Positions 12,390-25,691 are shown, counted from the first letter of the whole stretch. The stretch is DNA of 59,208 nt, filler included, from Basidiobolus ranarum (GCA_040143965.1; 5 parts of 5 records of this genome joined end to end with filler, not necessarily neighbours in it), one strand, 5' to 3'. The notes: generated by a model from the sequence alone, not told the origin. Program-made: numbers and translations.

Positions 12390-13100
12390 CTAGTAGTAGT
12401 TGCTGGAACCATCTGATTTGAGCTCTCCACAATCACGGATAATGACACTCTCATAGGGCTTATGATTTTGATCTACTGGAGTTTCAGAAATGGATTTCAC
12501 GACATGCATTCCATCTAGCACTCGTCCAAAAACTAAAGATCTTTCAGCAAAGTGAATGCTAGAAATATTGTCAATGTTCAATACGTACCAACATAGGAGC
12601 CATCCAACCACGGCGTGGATTTCAAGGTAATAAAGAATTGAGATGTGTTGGAATCTGGCCCAGCATTAGCCATGCTAAGAATACCTGTGGAAGGTAAACT
12701 CAGTATGAATATTGTTAAAGGGTTAGGAAAGTCTCTTACCAGGAGAATCGTGAGGAAGTGAGAAATTCTCGTCTTTGAAAAATCCGCCATAAATACTATC
12801 TCCGCCGTGAGGGGTAATGCTTCCGGCTTGGATGATAAAGTCTCGCAAAACTCTATGAAAGCTATTTCCAGAGTATCGCAATGACTTCCCTTTCTCTCCT
12901 GTAATCAGAGACCTGAAGTTACCAACCGTTTTGGGTACGACATCGCCATAAAGACCCAGGACAACCCGTCCCAGAGGTTTGCCGCCTTGCGTAAGGTCCA
13001 AGTATACCTTGTTGGTCACTTTAGGATGTGGGTATGGTGCGCCAGTCACCATACATGCAGCTACCAGAACAAGTAGAAATGATTTAGTTAGAGCTATCAT
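12390..13100 (-). CDS. Cyclophilin-type peptidyl-prolyl isomerase with signal peptide (cyclophilin B-like), 3 exons
   Basis: Hydrophobic leader, VTNKVYLD...[67 protein letters not shown]. Confidence 0.93.
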
Positions 13101-13938
13101 TGTGTTTTGAGATGAGGTTGCTTCAAACGTAGACGATTCTTATATTGATCTATGGAATGCATATTTCTATAATATATATATCTATAACTACAGTTGTAAA
13201 CAGTCAACCTTGAATCTGATTTGGCACGAACATCGCTTTCTTTTTTTACTGGGCTGGTTGTAATCATCACTTATAAAAATAGAATCAACAATGTCAAACA
13301 TCCTATTTTTTCATACATTACAGATGATGTAAACTTGTCACTAGCAATTGGCTCTGGCTTATTTATTTAAAGCAAGTACAGATTGCCGATGTTGTTGAGG
13401 CTTTCGCTTCATGTTGTTTAACTCTACAAGATGGTGACTAGATATTGAGGCTTATTTTCAATTTTAGTACGTTCTATTTATTTTTATTGGACATCGAGGT
13501 GTCCAGTAACCGGTACAGAAGTCCAATATCTAATTATCAACTTCGCCAATCCAGGGTCTGATAAACTTAACCACATGTCCACGTTCTTGGAACCCAACTG
13601 GATAATGAATAGAAGTCCGTTGAGGTTTAAACATCCATTCCGCGATCACTCGGTTGGTTTTACAAAAGAAAGGGTCTGGACTTTAATTTTAAAGGTATAT
13701 CCACTAGCCATTTACTTTAGAAAATGGTATGCTTGAACTTAATACCATATTGATGAATAATTTTTTGGAAGTTTGTCCGATTTAATATAGTTAATTGGTA
13801 TAAAATGTATATTTATTTCTTCTCGGTTACTAGGATATATTTATATTGAATTGTCTCCTGTGACTCTTCCACTTATTTTGATCCTTTGCGTTACAACTAG
13901 TAACCACTTTTTGTCCAGTATATTTTGCATACATCCTC

Positions 13939-14774
13939 ATGGAAGAGTTTAGACGTTTCCGCCAACAACAACAGCCCCAAGTCAGTAATGAGCTAGGGTA
14001 TACTCCTAGCGGCGATGTAGATGAAGATTCCGAAGTTCTTGCTCTTCGTCAAGAAATCAACAGAACTCGCGACGAATCTTTGGCATCTACTCAAAATGCT
14101 ATTCGTGCCTTAAAGCAAACTGAGGATAGAGCCCAAGATACTTTAGTGAAGCTTGGTGAACAGTCGGGTAAATAAATACTCTACTTGATATATTCTAAAA
14201 TGATCTAATCGGTTTTGTACGTATAGAGTCCATCAATAGCATCCGAGGCCAGCTAGATATTGCCGACACACAGGCTGATCTTGCTGCACAAAAAACTGCT
14301 GAACTCAAAAAGATAAACGGCTCTATTTTCAAGATTAGTTTCTCGAATCCTTTTGGTTCAAAAAAGAAGAAGGAAAAAGAACTGGCTAGATTGCAGGCTG
14401 AGCACACATTACAACAAGAAAGAAAAGAAGAATTACGTAAATTCGATCTCGAAACGAAACAACGCGTAGCTCCTGCCACAGGGAACCGTCATGGTGCTCG
14501 CCACGGCTACCCTGGTCCTGGTAACTCTGGGAACCCAACTTTTGGTGCACCCAGCGCATATACCTTTGAAGGTGAAGGGGAAGAGCAAGAACGTCAAATA
14601 GATGAGAATTTAGGTATAATGTCTGACTCTTTGTTACGCCTAAAGAACATGGGATTGAATATGCGTGAAGAGATTGACCTTCAAAACCAAGTCTTGGACA
14701 CAATTAATCAGCGTGCTGATGAAGTAGACCAGAAAATTCACACTAACCAATACCGCCTTGACAAAATAAAATAA
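13939..14774 (+). CDS. SEC9: Sec9/SNAP-25-family Qbc SNARE, 2 exons
   Basis: First SNARE helix ESLASTQNAIR...TLVKLGEQ, linker IFKISFSNPF, second helix ERQIDENL...LKNMGLNMREEIDLQN...LDKIK. Intron ~14168-14226. Confidence 0.88.
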
Positions 14775-15252
14775 ATCCATCTTTACTTTTGATAGTTATG
14801 TACCACACATAACAATGTCCCCTTAATCGTTTATTCCCTTAAAAATTCCTTAGCTATACTTCAATCAATTTAAGAATCATGACGCTATGACTTGAGCGTA
14901 TTTTGGCAACTTTTTTATGGTCAAGCACACCAGACAACGGATTGGTAAGAAACTTTCGCTGAGAGCATAAAATAGCAATCACTACAAATTCCACTCATTA
15001 ACATATCCTAATTGAAGGATACATAAATCACTGAATGTTTGAATTCGCTCTGTGATTGTTTAATTCAATTTGATTATCTATGTTTGTTTACTTTGAAATC
15101 CATTCTTTTTCTACTTCGAAAAAAAACCAACATTACTATTGACTCTTAGAGGGTACTTACATCGTCTAATTTTAGAGTAAAATCCTGTAGAGGGTACTTG
15201 CGACGTAACTTAAACAACCTGACCATTATTTGGAATATCCTGCCAACAGAGA

Positions 15253-18200
15253 ATGTCAGTACCTTGTTCTCGACGTCAGTCAGTTGCTTCTTCGATTGGT
15301 TTTCAAATAAGGCACTCAAAAGAGGACTCATCTATATGTAAGTATTTCTTTTAGAGGAGGGGCAGTCACCTCGAACAATAAACTAATAATTGCATATTCA
15401 ATAGTCAAACTTAATTATCCTGAAACACCTTTTGCAAATCTCTATGAGCAATACGATGAGGTTTGAGCATTTCGCTGATTACACTAAGATTGTTTAAAGA
15501 GAAAGAGCTGAGATTGACTAAAATTTATTGTTAGCCTGGCCCGGAAGAGAAATTACCTATAGGCGCATATCCAACTGCTTTACAAGAATATCATGTTTTA
15601 CAAGATGTCTTGTATATTTTGGTGGTATTCATCTTCCCACCCAAATTTGGAATTCTAACTTCAAACCAATCATACATTAACAACAATATTGGTAGGGAAC
15701 AGATGGTCGGTTTGTTAGACTGCAAGAAGAGGCTATAGATGAAACGGATTTAGTGGGAGGTGTTTGTAAAATTGATACATCTATGGGTACTTCATTTCTT
15801 CATTACTTTTTTATTAAGAAAATTCTTTTAACATACTTACAACGGGTGGAAATTTCCATGGTTCTCCTTCCACAATGAACAGAGCCTTCTTTACAGGATT
15901 TAGTTAGTAAAATTGCTCCGATAGTTACTTATTACACATCAATTGAGAACTTCATCGCCATCTATTCTCGGTTTGATTGTGGTAAAGTTAACCACGCACT
16001 CTGTGCAGCTATTCGCGAGTTACTTAAAGTAGATACTAGTTTTGATCGATTTTAGCATATATCAGTATTACACTAATACAGATGGTAAACCTTTTAGGAA
16101 TACACCATGCTTGTAGTACAACTCGAACAGAAATTTCGAGAAACTCCCGAATTTACGCTCCATAAGCTTTGGTATCATATTTCACCAACCTTGGAGACCA
16201 TGAGATCACTTCACAAACTCATCATGGCAATTCACAATGAAGTGAGAAGAAACAGTCGTGGAGTAACATCATACCCTAAAGGACATGTCATCCTGGACGT
16301 GATGGTAAAGCTATATGTCGACTGGGGAGGGTGAGAGATGATTGGATTGTTTACCACTTGTAGCTACACTGGACTAATGAAACTTTCCTTAAGTGATCAA
16401 TCTACGAAATATTTATTTGCACACCTACTCTCCAAAGCATCAGCTCCATACTTTCAAATGCTATTGTCGTGGATTCATCAGGGAGAGCTTCGAGATCCGT
16501 ATGGAGAATTTATGGTCAAAGTCAGAAGCATGAAGAATTTCGAATGGAAATATGATGTGAATGATACATATCCTTTTTGGCAAGATCCTTATCTACATGG
16601 TCCTATTTACATTTAACTTCATCTTCACTCAACCATCTTTAACTCTTGAATACATTATGGGAACGTCAATACTTATTTCGAGATGGTAGGATTCCTTCCT
16701 TTCTCGAACCATACAAGGACAAGATTTTATTGGCCGGGAAGTATCTCAATATCATGAAGAGATATGGTACGCTGAAGGCCAGAACTAAGACTACATCTGG
16801 TGAAGATATTAGCCCGGAAATAAGACTGAACGCCCAAGAGGGACAAGTTATAGATGTACTTCAGGCGCTGGAGGGCGGAAGGTATTGATTTAGTGGTAAT
16901 TATTCGTACGATAGATTCCACTAACTCGCCCCACTTATCCCAATGAATTTAGATACATCAAAGAAATTGACGACGCTTACATATATTCAAATCGATTACT
17001 TTTGGACCTTTTGATGAAAGAGAAACAGGCCTTCATTAGACTTCGGTAATACAAAACGAAGTTAATTTTGTATGAGCACCAGACTGACTTCCTTTCCAAC
17101 TGTATCAAGCTCCATGAAAAGATACTTTTTCCTAGACCAATCCGATTTCTTCAACCATTTCTTGGACTTGGCATGGCCCGAGCTTCGAAAGCCCTACTTG
17201 GAGGCATCATTCTCTAAATTGCAACTATTTTTGGATCTAGCATTAAGAAATCCTGATTCTCCAGTCTCTGCAGACCCATTTCGTGAGGAACTGAGGGTAA
17301 CAAAATCTGGGCATTCCCTAGTGTCCCGATTTGAGTCGCCCAATATCTCCGGGAAAAATACCAGAGACATCGAATCGGATTTACAAAGAAACCTGGTAAA
17401 TCTAACCTCAGATGCTAATAGTGAGTGAATATCTCGAACCAGATCAGTCAACTGTAACCCACATTTACCTTATGAATCTTCGTTTTTATAGAGTCGGCGA
17501 TGGACATGCTCAATCTAGACATTAACATCGAGTTTCCGTTTTCGCTGGTTATCTCACCTAGAGCTGTTGCCAAGTATCAACAGATCTTCCGACATTTGGC
17601 GAAACTTAAAGGAGTTGAGAAGCAATTAACCAATGTGTGGAGTCTTTCAAGACAAATACAACATAGCAACAAGCAGAAAGACAAGGAGAGTCTAAAATTC
17701 ACCATGCAAATTCAAGTCCAATGCCACAGAATGCTTCAATTTGTACAACAAATCATTTATTTCGTCTCCAGCGAAGTGTTGGAGCCCAACTGGAGCAAAC
17801 TAGAGAGGCAATTGATAAAGGTTTGTCATGCTCACTGTCCTTTTATTGTCTCTTTGGCTAGATTGGTATGGATCACTTACTTGGCTTACCCTTAGGTGAA
17901 TACTGTCGATCAAGTGCTACAGTGTCATACTGATTTCTTGGACTCTTGTTTGCACGAATGTATGATTGACAGTTCTAATGAGAGTAGACGACAGGTAATT
18001 ATTCACAAGGCAGTGATCTTTCATCTCCTGGAGCGAGCAATATTAATGCCAAACTGATTGTTATTAGGTTCTGTACATGATACTAGATGTATGTAGTAGA
18101 TTTACTAGTTTTGCCGAAAGAATCTTGAAACGTGGTTCGAGCCAGTCCCATTCAGAGCCAATTGATCAATACCAGATTCCACAAGATAATAGACATCTGG

Positions 18201-18334
18201 CAACCAGTGACCGATTATTCTTGGTAAATTTAAGGGAGTACATTGAGACATTAGAGTACCGAGACTCTGCCGCCTCAAAACGGCAAAGCTTGGCCGTACG
18301 TTTAGATTACAATCTATGGTATTCTATATCGTAA
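15253..18334 (+). CDS. SPC97: Gamma-tubulin complex component GCP2/Spc97, multi-exon, including one AT-AC intron
   Basis: Spliced motifs QEYHVLQDVLYILVG, GKVNHALCAAIRELLKEY..LVVQLE, TLHKLWY, WIHQGELRDPYGEFMV, IPSFLE..KDKILLAGKYLN, LRSMKRYFFLDQSDFF, FPFSLVIS...KYQQIFRHL, EVLEPNW, RLDYN. The start codon is inferred from the exon chain. Confidence 0.9.
16568..16653 (+). other. U12-type (minor spliceosome) AT-AC intron in GCP2
   Basis: 5' end ATATCCTTT, branch-site-like TCTTTAAC about 10 nt before a TAC 3' end. Removal joins the two ORFs in frame (YDVNDT-LWERQY). Confidence 0.88.
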
Positions 18335-19684
18335 ACATACTTCAAGGTTCCTGATTTGAAATAAAGAATCTTGGATCTACCGAATTACATCAATATGAAG
18401 GAATTAGGACCAGGTAACAATTGTTTTTCTCCCCGAAAGTAGGATGTCATTTGCATATCGCTCATATCATTCTGCAAGATGGATTAATGACTACAGATTC
18501 TTGACTCTAGCAGGATGTAGATGTCAGTATGTATAGTGAAATCACTATACTCACGTCTTTCTCGGCATCATAAGACACATCAAACCTGGCTATTCTAGAT
18601 TACTGACGAATGTAAACACGTTAATAGTTCGCAGCATACAGAATATATTCAATTTAGTAAGACATAGGAGAGCAAAGAGATGATTCAAAATCACACAAGT
18701 GACCTTTGTTACATAAATTTATTGATAGGAAATAGGAAAAGATATAGGCGATGTAAAGGTCAAGATAAACATGAACATTTGAATAACAATCGCTCTGGCT
18801 ACATATTTAATCCCCACTATATTTATAAAATTTACACAAGGGCCAGTTTACATGTTTGATCAGATACCTGTGGAGCATATGTACTTATTCAAAACAGTGC
18901 AATCCTTTACATATGCTTTTGTTACCCTATGCTTGGCTTGGCGGACTGATTCAGGATATTTGCGAACAAGGTGCTCTTATAATTTCCTTAAATAAATAGT
19001 GAGGAGGGGGTTAGCTTTCATGAGATATTTCTCACCGAATAATCTGCTTCACAATGGTCGTACTATGCTTGGAGGCTAAACAAAGTCCTTTCTTGGCATC
19101 AATTGCTATGATCTTTATGGCCGTATTCGATGCCAATCAAACATGAGATCACAATACCACGTTGAGATTGTGACCGTTTATGGTTACTTCCTGAGCTTAC
19201 TTCCCATAAACTGATCTCATGCGAAGAAAAGTACAGTGTATAAAAATTTAGGAAAATAAACAGGTTTAGTATTTCGAGTGGAATCCTCATATTGGTCACT
19301 GCAGCCAATGGCTGGTGACAGATACTCACTTTCCTCTATAGCTAGCCCGTTACTGCCTCAATAGAGATTTCCACAAAGAATCCATCCTCCAATTTACTTG
19401 CATCTCTTAATCCTGTGTCCACATTTCCTGCTGTAAAAGTACGCTGTACTATCAGATCACTACTGAGCATTGCGATTTTATTATCAATTCACTATAGGAG
19501 AGAGTGGTTGCGATAGATATTCACAGAATAATCAGACAAGTTGAGCATGAGTTATGAAAAGCTGGTAGGTAATGCTTGATATAGGGGGATCCTTGACGTG
19601 GTAGTGGCTTACTTTTTACATGGATATAACTGATGAAGCGATAATTAAGATGCTCAAATGGAGCGGTTCTAGACATCTCTGTAT

Positions 19685-20779
19685 CTACTCTTGATGATAA
19701 TTCAACTTGGGTGCTGGTTCGGTGCCAAATTTATCAGTAATATGATTAGAGAACAGAAGAGATGAGAACAACACGAATAAGTGCGGGATTAGAAAACTAA
19801 AAGCAGTGATATAGGTGTTCTTCAGATAGGTCCCAACGAGTTTGAACAACTTGTAACGGCAGCCATAAAGCTTAGTGGTTAAATACCCAGCTCTACACTT
19901 GTTAGAGGATACTTCGGACCCATCATTGATCGAGTCGAAACCACAACAATGCAACTGAAAAATAAATATTTGGTTACAAAACTCCAGATTTATCATTATT
20001 ACTCCTGTAAGGAAACTTACGTTGGCCTGGATGCGACGACGATCTTCCACTGAAAACCCTTCGTGGTTCCAACTGCTCCGGAGTTTGCCTTCTAAATCCC
20101 ACAATGAGTACCTGTAGGTCACATACCCAATGGAAGCAATTCCACCCATCATCGGCCACAAAAGAACGGCGTATATCGTGAGAATCTTACGGCTGTTAAA
20201 GAAAATACCAAAGTAGCCTATGGTTGATATAGCGATGCCACAAGAGCTTACAGCAGTGACAACTAAACGGAGTTTTAACCAAAAGAACAGCAGTTAAAGA
20301 GGGATACAAAACCACTCACGAATTACAGTACTCCGAGATATTATTAAGACCACCTCGGCTCTGATATACACTACATTCAAGGCAAGTTAAAATCGTTCTA
20401 TAGAGGAAATTCAGATTCAAATAGCCTACATTTATACCACGTTAAAAGAGAGAGAATTAACCCTACAAGTCCCATAGCCATTAGCTGCGACAATAGTTAA
20501 TGATCGGGGTTCTTTGTCTAGTATTTCAGTTGAATGAATAGGCCTTACAATAGTATTTGATAGCAAGAGAATCCATTTAGAAGAAGTCCACTTCTTTGGC
20601 TTCTTGGGGATCTTTACAGGATTCAGGCTATCATACATAGCTACACCATCCGAGCTTCGAAAGCTTTCCAGAGATATGGTAGAGTTGATTTGATTCCGTG
20701 AGACACTTCCTAAAGATAAACCGGATTCGGAGAAGGGTGACCGAAAGCTCGACGAGTTGTTATTCATTCTACCAGCCAT
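19685..20779 (-). CDS. Fungal tetraspanin (Tsp2-like), paralog of 1999-3053
   Basis: KWTSSKWILLLSNT, GYFGIFFNSRKIL, LHCCGF, SNHITDKF...PKLNY. Introns fall at the same four positions as in the first copy. Confidence 0.82.
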
Positions 20780-22391
20780 GCTCTTGTGATATATATAGAC
20801 GTTGTTTTAAAGTGATCTAGAGAGAAAGATACTATATCCTAAAGAGACTGAAATCTGTGTCGATATGTCTAAGAAAAATATTAAATTGAGCGATAGATAC
20901 CATAAGAAGCCGAAACATCTTAAATACTTTGGCATGTTGTGAGATTGATCCTATCAAATGCTTGCCATTTCGCCTATCTTAAATAAGCTTCATTGGCTAC
21001 CATCGCATTTAGTAATTCTATTTGTGTGATTCCATCTTTGCCATGGAAACTGACTAAACTTAAAATATCCAGAGTGGCCTCGGTATTGAAATACCATGTG
21101 AAGATAGGAAAACTCTATTGGCCATGCCGCTTGTATTTTTTATTGTCGGAAACTGGGGCAGTTATGAAACTGCGTTCTTCTAGAAACAAGTTAGCCTGGC
21201 ATGATTGTAAGATGTAGATCGGATTTCCACCAGTTAGGCAGCCTGTGTTCCCTGGCAGGTTACATTCGATCCATATGACCTCCAGCGGTTGAAAATACAA
21301 AGAGGCCTAGAGGTGTTGAGGCTTGAAGTACAGATAGCATACGGAGAAACTATGAATCAAGTTGAAGTTGAGACAGAGTTTCTATGTTCTCTGGAGACTG
21401 TCAAACCAGATGTAGCTGGGTTCAGAGTATAAAGCTATGGATTATTTCAAAGTAAATTCCAAGCAGAAGATCCTCTCCAGCGCAAGAACGCTTGGTCACT
21501 TCTTATTGCGGATCCGATCTTCCTCATCCATCATGCTGTGGTAGATCGAACAGCTGTTGCATATGTGGATAGTAAATCTGATTTACGTGTCCTGACTCAG
21601 TTTACATATGTCCATGTCTAAAGGAGTATTCGCTTCATATCTGGGATCTCCAGTATTAGGGTGTAGAGCTATCAGTTAAGCACTTCTGGATGAGTGACTT
21701 CTTTGGAGGCCACTTCTGGAGAGACAGCGGTTTATGGAATATTATGGAAGACGCGCTCAGAGTTCACTTATGTTATTCAAATGAACCGGCATAAAAGCCC
21801 CTACAACTCCGCTCAGAGCTACTGACAACTATATCTTTTAAGAAGAAATCAAAGCAACCATGTTGGCTTCACTTACTACTTTTAGCTTTTACTACTTGGA
21901 TTAATCAAATCTAATTTGTATGCTATGTTAGATCAATTAGATTTGGAATACAGATTAACATGATGGGTTGGAAAATACAGATTAACAAGGCACAGAATGT
22001 GAGCATTTGTAGCTATTGTGACTCCCACAGCTTTCCAAGAAGGTACAAAGCTTAGCTGCTGTCATTGAAATATCTTGTGCTTGCCTTCTAAGTCACGGCA
22101 AGTTGGCTACATTAGTCAACTTTATGTGGTCTAATTTCAAGTACTAGCTTCGTTTTCGTGAGTCGATTCTGCTAGAGTTTATTTGTTCTCGTACCTTGGG
22201 TGAAGCTAGAGATGACTAATGATATCTATCGATCAAAGTGCCCAGTGAGCATATATGGCAACTACTTTTCCCAAATGATTTACAATCACCTGTCACATGG
22301 TTGAGTAATTACAAATCACTACTTGTATGCAAGCCAGATTTCAGTATTTAACGATGGCTTAGACACTGTCTTTACACTCCATTCATAACCA

Positions 22392-22948
22392 ATGTCGTTG
22401 AAGCCACCATATACCGAAGAAACTGCCCGCCAGAAGGTTCAACTAGCGCAGAACCTGTGGAACACCCAGGACCCCGAAAAAGTGGCATTAGCTTATACGG
22501 AGGATTCAGTGTAAGTGACCCAAGGTCGATGCTTAGCAAGATATAATTCAGTCTAAATTTCTTCAAAGATGGAGAAACAGAGATGAATTCTTCACTGGAA
22601 GAAAGGCGATTCAGGAATTTTTGACCAAGAAATGGCAGAAAGAAACCGAATATCGTTTGAAAAAAGAGTTATTTGCTTTTCATGACAACCGAATTGCAGT
22701 ACAGTTTTGGTACGAGCACAAGGACGAGCAAGGTCAATGGTATAGAGGTGAATTGTTGTTTTCTAGCCGTATAGTATCATTGAAATATTGTATTAATCAC
22801 AACTACACTCAAAGCGTATGGAATTGAACATTGGACATTCAATACTGATGGCCTAATGAAGCACCGCCAAATGTCAGCAAACGATATAAAGATTGCTGAT
22901 CATGAGCGTTGGTTCAAGGATGGTATCCCTGACCATATTGATGTTTAA
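22392..22948 (+). CDS. DUF1348 (SnoaL/NTF2-like) family protein, 3 exons
   Basis: Spliced: [82 protein letters not shown]...[27 protein letters not shown]. Introns 22511-22568 and 22748-22814. Confidence 0.9.
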
Positions 22949-23575
22949 GAATAATGGATCTTACTCTATGCCACATGTGGGGACCATTAACCTTTAGTTG
23001 ATTTGGTCCGCATGACATGACTTTCTAACCATTTGATTGTGAGCAAGTATTCTATTTCTGTATACAATAATAAATCCTGCATTATTTTCTAGTATTTCTG
23101 CTTTGCCAAAGATCTCACTGAAGCAATATGAGTGATCATATTTTCTGAGTTTTATCTCTTTAAGTTAAAGAATCTTTGCCCAAGAATTTATTAATCAGGC
23201 TATTTTACTTCATAATATTCTCTCAATGTTGGAATTTGTAATGGCTGCTGTAGAGATTTCAATCACGTTTAGTCTCCCAATTCTTTTCAAGTCAGAAGAA
23301 CTGGCTTAGAATACTGAAAATAGCCGTAAATAGGAGGATCTATATTGGAGAAAACTGGCTACTAGGAGCCTTGAGATTTAGGGAGATTGAAGTGGGTCTA
23401 GAAGACAAGTCTGGGAGCATGTATCTATCATAAAAAACACCCTATATATATCTGAGATAGCCTGAAATTTACTATCAGGAAGTAAAGCAACCCTAGAGAG
23501 ACTTGCTTGACTTACCCAAGAATTAACTAAGTTGAAGTTTCAAAGATATCCAAACATATTATAGACAGTTCATTA

Positions 23576-23683
23576 TGTTAAAGTATTTGGGAGCCTGTTG
23601 GAAGTGGTTTGGAGAATTAGAGAAATTGGTGGTTTTCACTTATTGAGTTGACATTTATACTTTTGTCAAGATGTAAACAAACT
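23576..23683. repeat. Partial copy of the copia-type LTR family, cut by the contig end
   Basis: tgttaaagtatttgggagcctgttggaagtgg...gttgacatttata.ttttgtcaagatgtaaaca is nearly identical to 58521-58643 apart from a short indel. Confidence 0.85.
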
Positions 23684-23783
23684 NNNNNNNNNNNNNNNNN
23701 NNNNNNNNNNNNNNNNNNNNNNNNNNNTTAATTAATTAANNNNNNNNNNNNNNNNNNNNNNNNNNNNNNNNNNNNNNNNNNNN
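23684..23783. other. Artificial contig spacer
   Basis: N44-TTAATTAATTAA-N44. Confidence 0.97.
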
Positions 23784-25691
23784 AGGATTATGTATATAGT
23801 ACATTCCCAGTCTTTGTTTCCCAACAAAGACACTAATACCAAGCTGGTTGACGAGTGGTAGTGCGCTGTCCGCAAAGGGAAGTGTGGGATGTGTTCGTTT
23901 AGTTCTTCGGAACTTCTGAACCCTCTCAGTTGATGATCTTGCCGGTCGATTATTCCAACGACCAGGCGAGGACGGTTTGCACATTCTGACAGCTTATCTT
24001 TTTCTCTCAATTTCATCAAACATCAATACAAAATTGTTAGTTAATAATAACTATCTACGACTATGATTGGCTAGTGCTTAGAAACCTATTTAATAACAAC
24101 TTATTTGGTGTTTGAGTAGTAAGTTCAAAGAAGCAGTGGTGAACATCATAAGTGTCAACTGGCTAAAGTAATGGCAGAAAAGTATCCCTATGTTTCTTTA
24201 TGATTCTATGACAGTCCATATACGTATGGTTATGTTATTGAAGTAGAAAATAGGCACTTGTCTAATGGAGAAGCGAGTGATAAACAATAAAATGGATATG
24301 ACGCTATCACTACAGTTGTATAAGAGTACACTTATCGATGATGAACTGAAAATCGTTGGGGATATATACACTCCATTCCATGTACCGATTTATTAAAAGG
24401 TTTCCTTTCTTTACCAACATGTGTTACTTGGGGTATGCGCTGTTTGTCTACTACACTGGATAACTTACAGAAAACTAACTGCTACTTAAGAAAAGTGTTG
24501 AAGCAATATCAAAAGTGGACAGTATCTGATGCTCATGTTAGTTTCAAAAACGTTACTAGTTTCAACTTGAAGATGGTAGCTACTGGGTTAACTCTATGCT
24601 TCAAATCAATATCAGCGAAACAGAGAAGTAAAATAAGTAACACTAATGATAACATAGATTTGCCCGTTTTTTTTAGTTACTTATTTAGTTACGAATGTGG
24701 AGATAGAAGTGAACCCTCTTTGTCGATCATTGTATGAAAGTTTATTATTGATCTCTTAATAATATCCTAATCTTTCATTGGTGAATTTACATTTCTCCTT
24801 CGATCATATCTTTTTCCATCTACACAGCTTAGTAAAGATCATTTTCAACTTTACGGCTATCCTCCATATTAGCTGCCTGGGCTACTTTTACTACTTTAGT
24901 GAATTTGACAGTCTTAATCGACGATGTGCCGTTAGAGTTTTACTGAGGTTTCCGAGGTGATGTGAAGATTTGGTAACAAATATTTTAGACAGTATTTTAC
25001 GAAGAGTTTCTAGCCAGTAATTTCAGTTTGTATCGGATACTTTCCATGGGCGTATGCTAATTTCAAAACTAGAAATCTATTCGAAAATAGAAACTAAAAT
25101 AAAGAAGGATTACTCTTTCTCATTGGTAATTGCATTACTTTTTCTTTCCTAAATCGTACACACATTAGTACTTAAGTGAATATGATTGGTTATTAATTAA
25201 AAAACTGTCACATTCGTTCAACTAACGTTTTAAGTAGAACTAAGGGGTATATGTTGGCGCTTGTATGTTGACATCTACAGGAATGGTTACATTATATATC
25301 ATCAATTAAAAAAGCGAGGATGTAGATCCAGATCAGGCCAATTAGTGCAATTTGCTAGCTTGTTTAGATTCACAGCTTTCTATTTTGCGGGCGAAGAGTT
25401 ATTCTTTTTCGTTACTTGGGAATTAAACACTTGAGTCCCACATATACAGAATAGTGACCAAATCGCTCCTAAATTTCTTTTATTAGGCACTTTTTGAGTA
25501 GCCCCATCTAGACCAAACGCTTCAATCGACTTTGGAATGTATCCTTTTGTGGAAAAGTAAGCAGTATGTGTAAAGTCCCATTCACTTCATGATATATTTA
25601 GGAATTTTGCGGCGATGAAAGCGTCTCCATAGGAAACCTTAGATGTATGTAATGATGGCTAGTTAGTTATAAAAGACCCAAAGCAAGCATC

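Noticed and set aside
21100-21830. Coding-like, slightly GC-richer stretch with long stop-poor frames
   Set aside because: No recognisable family in any frame and no consistent splice pattern.
23784-24019. Possible first exon of a gene running off the contig, with a 9-bp hairpin gtctttgtt-tccc-aacaaagac
   Set aside because: Too short, no homology signal, and the ORFs extend into the spacer.
24180-24960. Possible F-box/LRR-like pseudogene remnants (also 51840-52030 and 54600-55200)
   Set aside because: Only vague leucine-rich patterns, not supportable without an HMM search.
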